64,000 bases of DNA from Bacillota bacterium (lineage in GTDB: Bacteria > Bacillota > Clostridia > Acetivibrionales > JAEZXR01). Position 1 is the stretch's first letter. Every line of letters starts with the position of its first letter. Below, in pieces: positions 38,901 to 45,756 of the stretch. The notes under the pieces were generated by a model. That model had not been told where the DNA came from, made no database searches, and was given only the letters and a program-made list of their open reading frames with translations. Location: the NCBI GenBank assembly GCA_023419605.1, contig JAEZXR010000020.1, forward strand, positions 4,108 through 68,107. Direction: 5' to 3'. The position numbers and the translations under genes were made by a program.

Positions 38901-41900
38901 ACGCAAAGAGGATGTATTTGATCTAATCAGCAGTATACAGGAAGAATTCGGGGAACTTAACGGAATCATACATAGCGCGGGAGTGATCCGTGACAACTAT
39001 ATTATTAAGAAGACCCGGGAGGAACTGCAGGAGGTTCTGGCACCCAAAGTTTCAGGACTTGTGAATCTGGACGAGGCCAGTTGTGACATTCCCCTTGACT
39101 TCTTCATTACATTCTCATCAGCGGCCGGATGTGTAGGAAATCCGGGACAGGTTGACTATTCTGCCGCAAATGCCTTCATGGATGCCTATGCGGTCTACCG
39201 CGCTTCGAAAGGCCGGAATGGTCGGATGCTGTCGGTCAATTGGCCGCTGTGGAAGGAGGGCGGGATGCATATTGACCCACAGATGGAAAAAGTATGGGAA
39301 AGCATGGGAGTGGCCGCGATCGAAACCCCAGCGGGCATCCATGCATTGTATAAGGCATTAGCTTCCGGCAGGGAACAGGTCATGGTAGTGGAAGGCGAGT
39401 TTGATAGGATTCGTGAAGCATTGCTTGGACAGAGCCTGAGATCGGAAGCATCAAAAACCGAGACTGTAAAAGGACCTATAACTGCGGCTTTAAAGGCTGC
39501 TCCGGCTGTATGGGAAAATAAGACGGTGACTGGAGCCGTACAGGGCTCAATCCGTGAGAAAGCTGTACATTACCTTAAAAACCTGCTTTCCTCCGTAATT
39601 AACCTGTCTGCCGACCGTATTGACGCGGAGGCACCCATGGATAAATACGGCATAGATTCCATCATGATTATGCAGATGACCAATCAGTTGGAAAATACCT
39701 TTGGTTCGCTGCCAAAAACATTATTCTTTGAATACCAGAGCATCCAGGCATTAACAGGCTACTTCCTTGAAGCTTACCATGACCAGCTGGTAGAGCTCAT
39801 GGGCTTAGGCGAAGAAGAAACGGCCAGGGATATAAATATACCTGCTTTCAAGGAGGTGCCCTTGAAACCTGTATTTACAAACCGCAGGTTGCCACGTTTT
39901 GCAGTACCGCCTTCAAGGACGGAAACAAGCAAAGCAGCAGATCGTATGGATATTGCCATCATCGGAATGTCCGGACGCTATCCCCAAGCCAGGAATATCC
40001 GGGAGTTCTGGAAAAACCTCCGGGACGGCAGGGATTGCATTGTCGAAATACCGAAAGACCGTTGGGATCACAGCCTTTACTTTGATGAGGATAAGAATGC
40101 ACCCGGGAAGACCTACAGTAAATGGGGGGGCTTCATAGAGGATGTAGACCGGTTTGACCCCATGTTCTTCAATATTTCCCCTCGTGAAGCGGAAATCATG
40201 GATCCGCAGGAGCGTTTATTCCTGCAATGTGTATATGAAACCCTTGAAGATGCAGGCTATACGCGGGATGCACTGGGAACCGGCCAGGATTTTGCCGGAG
40301 AAGGCAATGTAGGTGTCTTTGTCGGGGTAATGTATGAGGAATATCCGCTCTATGGAGCACAGGAGCAGGTACTTGGCAGTCCGCTGGTCCTTTCCGGAAG
40401 CCCGGCTTCCATCGCCAACCGTGTTTCTTATTTCTGTAATTTCCACGGGCCCAGCATGGCTGTAGACACCATGTGTTCCTCCTCTTTGACAGCCATCCAC
40501 CTGGCTTGCCAGAACCTGCAAAGAGGCAGCTGTGAACTTGCCGTTGCCGGAGGTGTCAATGTTTCGATACATCCCAACAAGTACCTGATGCTGGGGCTTG
40601 GCAAGTTTGTGTCCAGCAAGGGGTTGTGTGAAAGCTTCGGTCAGGGGGGCGACGGCTATGTACCGGGGGAAGGTGTGGGTGCAGTACTTTTGAAGCCCCT
40701 TTCCAAAGCCGTAGCAGATGGTGACCATATTTACGGGGTCATCAAGGGGACTGCAATCAACCATGGAGGAAAGACCAATGGATATTCGGTACCAAACCCC
40801 AATGCCCAGGCCGGTGTTATTGAACGGGCCCTGAAGGAAGCCGGCATTGACCCGAGAACCGTCAGTTATATGGAAGCCCACGGCACAGGCACTTCCCTGG
40901 GAGATCCCATTGAAATCGCAGGCTTGAGCAAAGCCTTCAAAAAACATACCCAGGATAAGCAGTTTTGCGCCATCGGTTCTGCCAAATCCAATATTGGACA
41001 CTGCGAGAGCGCAGCGGGTATTGCAGGCTTGGCCAAGGTGCTGCTGCAAATGAAGCATGGCCAATTGGTGCCTTCGCTGCATTCAGAGGTGTTAAATCCG
41101 AATATCGACTTTATTAACAGCCCTTTTGTGGTTCAGCAGGAGCTTACGGAATGGAAACGCCCTGTAATGAACGGTGTAGAAATACCGAGGCGTGCCGGTA
41201 TAAGCAGCTTTGGTGCAGGAGGAGCCAACGGGCACATCGTCATCGAGGAATATAGTATGCGGAGAGAGGAACGGCCAGCCTTTACCGTTACTCAGCAAAA
41301 CCCGGCAATCATAGTGCTGTCGGCAAAGAACGAGGAACAACTGAAAACACAGGTACAGCAGCTTCTGGATGTTATGGGAGACGGACAGTACACCGATGCT
41401 TGCCTGGCGGATATGGCTTATACCCTCCAGGTGGGGCGCGAAGCTATGGAGGAGCGTCTTGGCTTATTTGCAGGCTCTATCAAAGAGCTGGAAGAAAAAC
41501 TGAGATCTTTTGCAGCGGGCAAAAACGAAATCGCTGATTTATACCGGGGACATGCAAAACAAAATAAAGGGATGACGTCTGTTTTCACAATGGATGAGGA
41601 AATGCAGGAAACAGTGGAAAAATGGATACAGCGTAAAAAATACGGTAAGCTTTTGGAACTCTGGGTCAATGGACTTGCATTGGACTGGAACAGGCTCTAC
41701 GATCATCAAAAGCCGCACCGGATCAGCCTGCCCACCTATCCCTTTTCAAAAGAACGGTATTGGGCGCCTACCGCTTTAATCAGCCCCACCAGCTTTAATT
41801 TGAAGGAGGGTACAGCATCGGATTTTGTACGTGCAAATCAATGGGAACTTCCGGCAGAAGAAAGATTTGCAGATATGGATTCCTATGAAGCAGACAGTCA

Positions 41901-44900
41901 AAGCGTTGGAAGGATCCAGGCGCAGGAAGACTTTGAAGTAATGGCCTTCGCGGAAGGCTGGCAGGAGCAGGTTTTACAGGATACCCCTGCTAAAGGGATT
42001 AAAACACTGGTCTGCATGCTGTCAGACCCCGGAAATCAACAAGCAGTGGTTGAAGTGCTGCAAAATATTGATCAGGAAATCAGGGTTGTTTTCATTTCAC
42101 AAAAAGCAGATGATGGGGAACAGTCAAATCCGGTATATGGCATAGCGCGTAATGAACGCAGCGCTTATGTGGATGTCTTTAGCAGCATCCGTGATGCTTA
42201 CGGCAAAGTGGATGCTATTCTGTACCTGTGGCCTTTGGAGGATCCGGGCTGTATCCGGGACTATTCCGGCATAGTCTATATTTTGCAAGGCATCGCTGCT
42301 GCAAAGCTGAAAACCGGTAGAATCCTAACGGCAGGCCAATTCGATGGCCTCCCGGATCGCTGCTACCTGGAATCCCTGGTTGGATTTGAACGGTCCATGG
42401 GGCTTGTACTGCCCAATACTCAATTTGCGGTAATGATTCAGGAGACAAGGGGACAGAAGGCAGGTAAAACAGAAATACAGGCATGGATGAGGAAGCTCTG
42501 GGCAGAGCTTCAAACCGCCAAAGCCCAAAGTGTATTGTATAAAGAGGGGAAACGGTATGTTTACGGTGTCTGGCCGCAATCGGTACGACCCGGTAACAAT
42601 CCGATGAAAGCAGGAGGCACCTACTTCATTACAGGCGGCTGTGGTGGAATTGGATTTTTGTTTGCGAAGCATTTTGCAAAAACCTATCATGCGAATCTGA
42701 TTTTGAGCGGCAGATCGCCCATGGATCCGGATAAGCAGTCCAAAATCAATGAATTGGAAGCTTTGGGCAGCAAGGTTATGTATATTCAGGCGGACGTTTG
42801 CGATTCCAGGGAGATGAAAAAAGGTCTTAATGAAGCCAATAAGCATTTTGGAGGAATTCATGGCGTTATCCACGCAGCTGGGCTTACAGACAGCCAAAGC
42901 ATACTGGACAAGGAAATGGAGGACTTTGAAAGGGTAATTGCCCCCAAAATCAAAGGGACCCTTACACTGGATGAATTGCTGGCGGAAGAACCACTGGACT
43001 TCCTCTGCTATTTTTCCTCTTCGGCAGCGATTCTAGGGGACTTTGGAACCTGTGACTACGCCGTAGGCAACCGTTTTCAAATGGCGTATGCCTACCATAG
43101 AAACGGAAAGCTTCCTGGGAAACCGGTTGTGATCAACTGGCCGTTATGGAAGGAGGGAGGTATGGGCTTTACGGATGCCTCCCATGCCGAGATGTATCTG
43201 AAATCCAGCGGTCAACGCATACTGGAGGCGCAGGAAGGTATTGAAATATTTGAACAGGTATTATCACAGGGTCATACACAGTGCCTTGTAGTGTCCGGGC
43301 AGCGCAGCCGTGTACATCGGTTTTTAGGTCTTTCGGGAGAGCGGCCTTCCGCACCGGTGGCAATGGCTGCAAGCACCATGGGAAAGGGAAGACGGGAAGC
43401 ATTGAGGGGCTTGACTGTAGAGCAGTGCCTTGAATGGGATTTGAAAGAGCAGGCCGGAAAGGTACTGAAGATTTCACGGGACAGGATGGAAGCAGACAGA
43501 AATCTGGCGGATTTCGGTTTTGATTCTGTCAGTCTGGCAGAATTCGCCGCCCGGTTAACCCAGCATTACGGGATTGAAATTACCCCTGCATTGTTTTTTG
43601 GACATTCTACCCTGGAACAACTGTGTAAATATTTTTCAACGGAGCATAAGAAAGCCATCACGGAATTTTACCGGGAGGATGGTGCAGATCAGAGTATTCC
43701 GCGGAGAATTCCTGCTAAGACCGGGCACAGGAGGCAGGAACCGGCCAGGGTTCCAAAGGGGCAGGTATTGAATATCCCTCAAAGTGCTGCTCCGAGTATA
43801 GCCGAACCCATTGCAATCATAGGGATGAGCGGGCGTTTCCCCGGAGCCCGGAATATTGACGAAATGTGGAGGATACTTGCAGAAGGGCGGAACGTGGTAA
43901 CAGAAATTCCTCCTGAAAGGTTTGACTGGAGGAAGTATTATGGGGATCCGGTGAAGGAACCGGGGAAAATCAATTGCAAATGGATGGGAAGTGTACCCGG
44001 TGTGAGTGAATTCGATCCGCTTTTCTTTGAAATTTCCCCCCGGGAAGCGGAACTCATGGATCCGAGGCAGCGGCTTTTGCTGCAGGAGTCATGGAAGGCA
44101 TTAGAGGATGCAGGATACGGGTCGGCACAGATTGGCAGCAGTCGAATCGGAATGTACGTGGGTGTTGAAGAGGGTGATTATCAGCTGCTTGTAAAAGATA
44201 AGGGCAGCATTACATCCAATCATACTGCGATTTTGGCATCGCGTCTTGCATACTATTTAAACCTTAGCGGTCCGGTATTGGCCATTAATACGGCATGTTC
44301 CTCCGGTCTGGCCGCTGCGCATCAGGCTTGCCTGAGCCTTAGAAGCGGGGAGTGCGACACCGCCATTGCAGCAGGTGTCAGTTTGATACTTACGCATGAG
44401 TCCTTTGCAATGATGAGCCAGGCGGGCATGCTTTCGGGTGACGGCAGGTGCTATGCATTTGATAAACGGGCGAATGGAATGGTTCCGGGAGAAGCCGTTG
44501 CGGCGGTAGTACTTAAGCCGCTGTCAAAGGCGGAGGCGGATGGAGATTCGATTTATGCGGTGATTCATGGAAGCGGAATGAATTATGACGGAAAAACCAA
44601 CGGCATAACAGCTCCCAACGGGGTTGCGCAGGCCAATCTTCTGAAAACCGTCTATGATCAATACAAGATAAACCCGGAAGCGATTGAATATATTGTTACC
44701 CATGGAACAGGAACAAAATTGGGGGATCCCATAGAGGTGAATGCACTGAATGACGCTTTTAAAAGTTATACGAAGAAGCAGGGGTATTGTGCCCTCACCT
44801 CTACAAAGACAAATTTCGGACATACTCTGGCAGCTTCCGGCCTGGTCAGCTTGATCAGCCTGGTACAGGCCTTCAAGCATGAAACGATTCCTGCCAGCCT

Positions 44901-45756
44901 TCACTGTGAGCAGGAAAATGATTATATCAACTGGAAGGAAAGCCCGTTTTACGTAAATAAAACAGCCCGGCCCTGGACGAAGAGCGGTAAAAGATGCCTG
45001 ACAGGTGCAGTCAGCTCCTTCGGAATGAGCGGAACCAATGTTCATATGGTGCTTCAAAGCTATTCTGCCGGAAAAGCTGAAGCGCCCATAGAGCGGCTTC
45101 CCTACTACCTGCTGGCACTGTCAGCAAAGACACAGGAGGCCTTGCAGGAGAAGATCGAGGATATGGCGGCAGTGTTGGAAAATAAGGATTTGCAAGAGCA
45201 TGACCTGTATAAGATCAGCTACACCCTTTTGGAAGGACGGCAGAATTTTAGCTGCCGTTATGCGGTGGTAGTCAAGGACAGGGAAAATGCAGCCTACGTA
45301 TTGAAGCAGACCCAAAGGAAGGAAAAGCCGCCTAACTGCTTCCTGGGAAAGGTTCCTCGTGATTTTACGGCACAAAAAATGATGCAGCTGTATGTGGAGG
45401 ATATGCTGAAGCAAAGCTGGTCCTGCCTCGAGGATACGAACAAATACAAGGAAATACTGTATGCTTTGGCCGACCTGTACTGTCAGGGCTATGAGATTTC
45501 CTGGGAGCAATTGTTCGGAGGAATAAAGCATCAGCGTGTAAGCCTGCCGTCCTATCCCTTTTCAAGGGAACACTACTGGATACCGGAGGGTGAGAAAGCC
45601 GTAACAGATTCCAGGAAAAGCGATACTCAATGGAATGAGGCCTTTTATGCGGATTTGATCGATAAAGTGATGGATGACAAAGTCGATGTAGACACTGCCA
45701 GTCAAAAGGTGAAAAACCACATCAGGCTAAAAAGAAGTGCTACTGCCGGGAGGTAA
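25504..45756 (+). CDS. trans-AT polyketide synthase 2: cMT-ACP, KS-ACP, KS-DH-KR-cMT-ACP, KS-DH-KR-ACP, KS-KR-ACP, KS
   Basis: 6,750 aa. ATG overlaps the upstream stop (ATGA at 25504-25507). cMT motifs IIEMGAGTGGT and IIEIGAGTGGT. ACPs YGIDSI, GFNSI, YGIDSI, YGIDSI and FGFDSV. Five KS domains (start nt 27136, 29545, 35485, 39949, 43810), each with C..HGTGT..GH. Confidence 0.97.
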   Translation: MMKKMDELLCKLLFCQLQFLGLFSEKKFVLSHLTEKINWRGFYTRWLEESLEALARNNYLVREGASFCVAATVPVDITSAWGEWERQKATWLENPDMKARVALVEATLRALPEILTGKVPATDIIFPGSSMRLVEGIYTHNRDADFFNEVVADTVAAFIEARIKQNSSSKLRIIEMGAGTGGTARVVLQKLQPYGDFIEEYCYTDVSRAFLMHAEKEYGPQNPYLTYKLFNVELPVDGQGIGEGGYDIAIAANVLHATRDIRQTLRNVKAVLQKNGLLLINELSSNTLFTHLTFGLLEGWWLYEDAVLRIPGCPALYPATWKAVLESEGYQSVCFPAQEEHELGQQVIVAESDGIIRQKQQPLPKREAVTVERQDKKTINRNLPQKERLQEQDAIDQELCDKSTAYFKKLVSEIFKIQYDRIDSSEPLESYGIDSILVVQLNNALQKVFEDISSTLFFEYQTIDALVGYFIKNRKDALIKLVGLDGCEENNDREEIPDDDTVPSDVAEAAGKPAFKPELRKSGRRTPTVDCRIKAEENESPLEPIAIIGMSGRYPQAKNLDEYWENLKAGKDCLTEIPPERWSLEGFYNPDVHEAVAQGKSYCKVGGFMDGFADFDPLFFNISPQDAMYMDPQERIFLEECWKALEDAGYTRKELSEQFGGRVGVFAGVTRIGYSLYAPEVWKKGDRNFPRTSFSSVANRVSYHFNLHGPSLPVDTMCSSSLTAVHEACKYLLQLECEMAIAGGVNLYLHPLGYTDLCANRMISADGRVRSFGKGATGFVPGEGVGVIILKRLSRAIEDNDHIYAVVRGTNINHGGKTNGFTIPNPHVQAELIRTALDKAGINARTVSYMEAHGAGTDLGDPIEITGLTQAFSKDTADTGYCTLGAVKSNLGHLEGAAGIAGLTKVLLQLKHRKLVPSLHAKERNPNIDFDKTPFTVQQELADWKRPVVEINGERKEYPRIAGVSAFGAGGSNAHVIVEEYIPEACEKAPMAVNHRNPAIVVLSAKNETRLREQVQQLLTAVRDHKINDDCLAEATYTLQVGREGMDMRLATIAGTVRELEEKLQGFLDGRDGIMDLYTDSVKRNKETLAALTGDEEMQETVEKWIKRKKYRKIIELWVKGLNFDWKKMYGHNKPARISLPTYPFARERFWLPEIYQKSGDGINNGAIMAGGQEDESGIQEDEKNREGSFLENKQEYTVNIPEAANMPGRGRRSEMMGLSVKQCLEWDLKEQTSQLLSISRDQIDIDENFIHMGFNSIHAAKFSAQLAGHFGCKVPPSVFFGYPTVAKLVKYYITEHKERVERFYQEDTGRKVTDQNSKTPTAAAVRQESRKPGAAVGSIPQNLQEPIAIIGMSGRFPGCRNIDEMWTALETGQDMVKEIPEDRFDWRKYYGDPLKQPGTINCTGFGSVPGVREFDPLFFEISPLEAEIMDPRQRLLLQEAWKALEDAGYGKSQIRSNKIGMFVGVEEGDYYRITKDKANVASHHNGILAARLAYFLDLSGPVMAINTACSSALTAAYQACLSLRNGECDTAIVGGVNLLFTPDAFIEMCQAGMMSNDGKCFAFDKRANGMVSAEAAVAVVLKRLSKAEADGDPIYAVIRGCGINYDGKTNGITAPNGVAQTNLLKSVYDQYKIDPEEIEYIVAHGTGTKLGDPIEVNALYDAFKGYTNKQRYCALTSTKTNFGHTLGVSGLVSLVGLVQAIRHETIPASLNCQEENDYIDWEASPFYVNKAKKPWKKQSGKNLLGAVSAFGMSGTNVHMVVQGIMDETTETPPVLPPYYLLVLSAKTQEALQERIYDIIAVLENKALQEQDLYKISYTLLEGRQHFHHRCAVVAGSAQNAVYILKQAGNKEKLPNLFHGKVPHDHTVQKVMEQYAQDMLGESLLLQEDKDKYKDILCALADLYCQGYDLEWGQLFGDSKPRRVNLPTYPFSRENYWFSGTADSGANRKLMEAPQASLHPLLHQNTSNLSEQRFTSTFTGQEFFLADHVVKEQKVLPGVAYLEMARAAVEHATGDTAGGQFGIHLKNIIWARRIEVDHQPVKVQIGLYPEENGEISYVIYTGSGDEGAETEMCSQGSAVICALEEAPVLDIKALQAQCEAWENISSQRCYEVYREAGIQYGPAHQGVAKVYAGGGQILAKLQLPSAVSATQGQFVLHPSLMDAALQSTIWLMVGSGNRRPFLPFALDELHIYGGCTAEMWAYIRYSDGSKAGDKVERLDITLCDVNGRICVNMLGFSTRAMEGGFQTSDGLGSMTPGTAAALVAENLLLSFVWDTAAIERSQPFPSIADKVVIIGGTEAEIDTIRQVYPEALVLALEFRDTIGTLAQKLQTCGSIDHIVWIAPGNCLNSMEGDLLIESQEQGAIKAFRTVKALLDIGYGDRELGWTIITTQAQAVLKNDWVDPADASLHGFAGSMAKEYMNWKVRLIDLEDGCDWPAADIFTLPADPQGNSFAYRGMEWYRQQLVPFQPLHTEQTKYRTGGTYVVIGGAGGIGEVWSEYMVKAYRAQIIWIGRRQKDEAIQAKLDRLAALGPAPLYMAADAADRQALQKAYEEIKQQYSQVNGVVHSAVVLSDQSLSKMTEEQFRRVLSSKVDVSVHMAQVFQNEPLDFAMFFSSTQSLSRSPGQSNYASGCTFKDAFAQRLSKEWTCAVKVMNWGYWGSVGVVAAKPYRDRMEEAGVGSTEPEEGMEALERLLSSSVDQLALVKFTKLQAMTGINMEERFAAYPESIPSTIPDVRDVIQPELKWGEMNRQVKEMESHLSRLLWGQLQSMGMFEEKQQPLSDLSAKMGCKAPYDRWLEESIEILARNHYLTIEGKSCAVVDTVPLDMAAEWRDWSVYKGLWILNSDMKGQALLAEAVLTALPEILTGKVSAADVMFPDSSIELVEGIYKNNTVADYFNKALGNTLTAYMEARLKQDPAAQIRIIEIGAGTGGTGLMLFRQLQPYRDHIKEYCYTDISEEFLLHAQKEHGPETPYLTYKIFNPGESAAGQHMDADGYDVVITAHALHAAKNIRQTLRNVKEVLKKNGLLLLKELGSNLLFNHITFGLLEGWWRYEDPELRIPGCPGLYPDTWKMLLENEGFRSVFFTVPQAHEFGQQVIAAESDGMVRQKHPFKPTVIPSEEKADFTPVSTIPEIKTPQRKPMNMAAAAKTVVRTVDTSPVKKQQVPKQGAAIKQQREISQDLLKVKSTDFIKNLVGETLRVPVDRIDSHEPLEKYGIDSILVVQLTNALRKVFDNISSTLLFEYQTIDVLVEHFMESQRARLMELAGLEEQQSYETPSGEAADASSYAIEDIGLPAHTVKIPGQSRRFLSFGGAGNEKAQIPTYGVRDIAIIGLSGRYPQAENVNEFWKNIKEGKNCITEIPKDRWDWREYYHEEKGKKGKIYAKYGGFLKEIDKFDSLFFKISPKEAEMLDPQERLFLETVYESIEDAGYTPGTLGDSRKVGVFVGVMNANYTMGAVYWAIANRVSYTFNFQGPSIAVDTACSSSLTAIHLAVESLRSGTCECAVAGGVNLIVDPFQYLKLTMMTMLSSGDRCKAFGEGGDGFVDGEGVGAILLKPLEKAIADGDQIYGVIKGSMVNAGGKTNGFTVPNPNAQSQLVAEAFQRAGVNAGTISYIEAHGTGTSLGDPIEISGLTRAFEQDTKKRQFCSIGSVKSNIGHLESAAGIAGVTKVLLQMKHCMLVPSLHSSKLNSNIDFIDSPFVVQQELEEWKRPVIDGEEVPRRAGISSFGAGGANAHVVIEEYIPESRVRPHITVTPQDPAIIVLSAKEEEQLKALVQRLLEEIRQGRYSDADLGNMAYTFQVGREAMEERLSLVAASVKELEGKLKGFLGGHTVNGTVYRGQMKQNKGTLDVLMDEEMQETIEKWFQNKKYAKLTELWAKGLTFDWNRLYHGSKPCRISLPTYPFAKERHWLSEYKAEPASGSTAASAAVIHPLLHQNTSDIYGLKFSSRFTGQEFFLADHIVKGQNVLPGVAYLEMVRAAVDKAVGDLKEQGGSIRLRNIIWVRPIVSEGQPVQVHTGIYPEEDDTMSFEIYSGSEISGQKPVIHSQGIVELYMPEEIPILDITALQEQCSRDVISSFQCYEAYGRIGMDYGPGHRGVEKIYIGQAQVLAKLSLPSSVTGTQNGFVLHPSIMDSALHASIGLVISSGINKLMLPFALDELEILGNSTEEMWAYIRYSNGSDAGDKMVKTDIDLCNAEGVVCTRWKGLTSRAMEGEAGIIAQKGTLLFEPIWKEQAAVGISGLPSFAEHVVILCEAENIYRESIETRMKGVRCIYLQPEQEEIDGRFRDYAIHVFDEIRDILKRKHTGKVLVQLVAVMQKEQQLFAGLSGMLKTAQLENPKLLVQMIGMDTWKDTGAVIEKLIENSMSPTDNRIQYQAGKRYTAGWRELAEPKEADGILWKDGGIYLITGGAGGLGLIFAKEIADRTKNITLILTGRSRLSADIQARLGELKRVGARVEYRQMDVTRKEDVFDLISSIQEEFGELNGIIHSAGVIRDNYIIKKTREELQEVLAPKVSGLVNLDEASCDIPLDFFITFSSAAGCVGNPGQVDYSAANAFMDAYAVYRASKGRNGRMLSVNWPLWKEGGMHIDPQMEKVWESMGVAAIETPAGIHALYKALASGREQVMVVEGEFDRIREALLGQSLRSEASKTETVKGPITAALKAAPAVWENKTVTGAVQGSIREKAVHYLKNLLSSVINLSADRIDAEAPMDKYGIDSIMIMQMTNQLENTFGSLPKTLFFEYQSIQALTGYFLEAYHDQLVELMGLGEEETARDINIPAFKEVPLKPVFTNRRLPRFAVPPSRTETSKAADRMDIAIIGMSGRYPQARNIREFWKNLRDGRDCIVEIPKDRWDHSLYFDEDKNAPGKTYSKWGGFIEDVDRFDPMFFNISPREAEIMDPQERLFLQCVYETLEDAGYTRDALGTGQDFAGEGNVGVFVGVMYEEYPLYGAQEQVLGSPLVLSGSPASIANRVSYFCNFHGPSMAVDTMCSSSLTAIHLACQNLQRGSCELAVAGGVNVSIHPNKYLMLGLGKFVSSKGLCESFGQGGDGYVPGEGVGAVLLKPLSKAVADGDHIYGVIKGTAINHGGKTNGYSVPNPNAQAGVIERALKEAGIDPRTVSYMEAHGTGTSLGDPIEIAGLSKAFKKHTQDKQFCAIGSAKSNIGHCESAAGIAGLAKVLLQMKHGQLVPSLHSEVLNPNIDFINSPFVVQQELTEWKRPVMNGVEIPRRAGISSFGAGGANGHIVIEEYSMRREERPAFTVTQQNPAIIVLSAKNEEQLKTQVQQLLDVMGDGQYTDACLADMAYTLQVGREAMEERLGLFAGSIKELEEKLRSFAAGKNEIADLYRGHAKQNKGMTSVFTMDEEMQETVEKWIQRKKYGKLLELWVNGLALDWNRLYDHQKPHRISLPTYPFSKERYWAPTALISPTSFNLKEGTASDFVRANQWELPAEERFADMDSYEADSQSVGRIQAQEDFEVMAFAEGWQEQVLQDTPAKGIKTLVCMLSDPGNQQAVVEVLQNIDQEIRVVFISQKADDGEQSNPVYGIARNERSAYVDVFSSIRDAYGKVDAILYLWPLEDPGCIRDYSGIVYILQGIAAAKLKTGRILTAGQFDGLPDRCYLESLVGFERSMGLVLPNTQFAVMIQETRGQKAGKTEIQAWMRKLWAELQTAKAQSVLYKEGKRYVYGVWPQSVRPGNNPMKAGGTYFITGGCGGIGFLFAKHFAKTYHANLILSGRSPMDPDKQSKINELEALGSKVMYIQADVCDSREMKKGLNEANKHFGGIHGVIHAAGLTDSQSILDKEMEDFERVIAPKIKGTLTLDELLAEEPLDFLCYFSSSAAILGDFGTCDYAVGNRFQMAYAYHRNGKLPGKPVVINWPLWKEGGMGFTDASHAEMYLKSSGQRILEAQEGIEIFEQVLSQGHTQCLVVSGQRSRVHRFLGLSGERPSAPVAMAASTMGKGRREALRGLTVEQCLEWDLKEQAGKVLKISRDRMEADRNLADFGFDSVSLAEFAARLTQHYGIEITPALFFGHSTLEQLCKYFSTEHKKAITEFYREDGADQSIPRRIPAKTGHRRQEPARVPKGQVLNIPQSAAPSIAEPIAIIGMSGRFPGARNIDEMWRILAEGRNVVTEIPPERFDWRKYYGDPVKEPGKINCKWMGSVPGVSEFDPLFFEISPREAELMDPRQRLLLQESWKALEDAGYGSAQIGSSRIGMYVGVEEGDYQLLVKDKGSITSNHTAILASRLAYYLNLSGPVLAINTACSSGLAAAHQACLSLRSGECDTAIAAGVSLILTHESFAMMSQAGMLSGDGRCYAFDKRANGMVPGEAVAAVVLKPLSKAEADGDSIYAVIHGSGMNYDGKTNGITAPNGVAQANLLKTVYDQYKINPEAIEYIVTHGTGTKLGDPIEVNALNDAFKSYTKKQGYCALTSTKTNFGHTLAASGLVSLISLVQAFKHETIPASLHCEQENDYINWKESPFYVNKTARPWTKSGKRCLTGAVSSFGMSGTNVHMVLQSYSAGKAEAPIERLPYYLLALSAKTQEALQEKIEDMAAVLENKDLQEHDLYKISYTLLEGRQNFSCRYAVVVKDRENAAYVLKQTQRKEKPPNCFLGKVPRDFTAQKMMQLYVEDMLKQSWSCLEDTNKYKEILYALADLYCQGYEISWEQLFGGIKHQRVSLPSYPFSREHYWIPEGEKAVTDSRKSDTQWNEAFYADLIDKVMDDKVDVDTASQKVKNHIRLKRSATAGR
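27136..29400 (+). other. PKS module 4: KS-ACP only
   Basis: KS IAIIGMSGRYPQAKN (27136). ACP HMGFNSIHAAKF (Ser codon about 29272). No DH, KR or MT motifs in between. Confidence 0.75.
29545..35270 (+). other. PKS module 5: KS-DH-KR-cMT-ACP, contiguous
   Basis: KS IAIIGMSGRFPGCRN (29545). DH HPLL (31378). KR GTYVVIGGAGGIG (about 32945). cMT (about 34271). ACP Ser about 35158. Confidence 0.8.
35485..39780 (+). other. PKS module 6: KS-DH-KR-ACP
   Basis: KS DIAIIGLSGRYPQAEN (35485). DH HPLL (37297). KR GIYLITGGAGGLG (about 38713). ACP Ser about 39658. Confidence 0.8.
39949..43650 (+). other. PKS module 7: KS-KR-ACP (no DH)
   Basis: KS DIAIIGMSGRYPQARN (39949). KR GTYFITGGCGGIG (about 42615). ACP FGFDSVS (about 43524). 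No HPLL or HxxxGxxxxP motif in between. Confidence 0.8.

Noticed and set aside
40216-41082. Long minus-strand ORFs inside the PKS genes, for example 40216..41082 (288 aa), 20867..21538 (223 aa), 50740..51396 (218 aa), 45727..46341 (204 aa), 42325..42897 (190 aa), and dozens of shorter ones.
   Set aside because: All are antisense or out-of-frame shadows of very long ORFs with strong domain content. Their translations are low-complexity (rich in S, P, L, C, F) with no motifs or RBS. ORFs of this kind are expected by chance in stop-poor frames opposite coding sequence at about 48% GC.
27136-45060. Non-elongating KS0 domains in the KS-ACP-KS region (modules 4/5) and at the split KS8.
   Set aside because: All ten KS domains keep the active-site Cys and both His residues (HGTGT/HGAGT and xGH motifs), so there is no sequence basis for calling any of them KS0.
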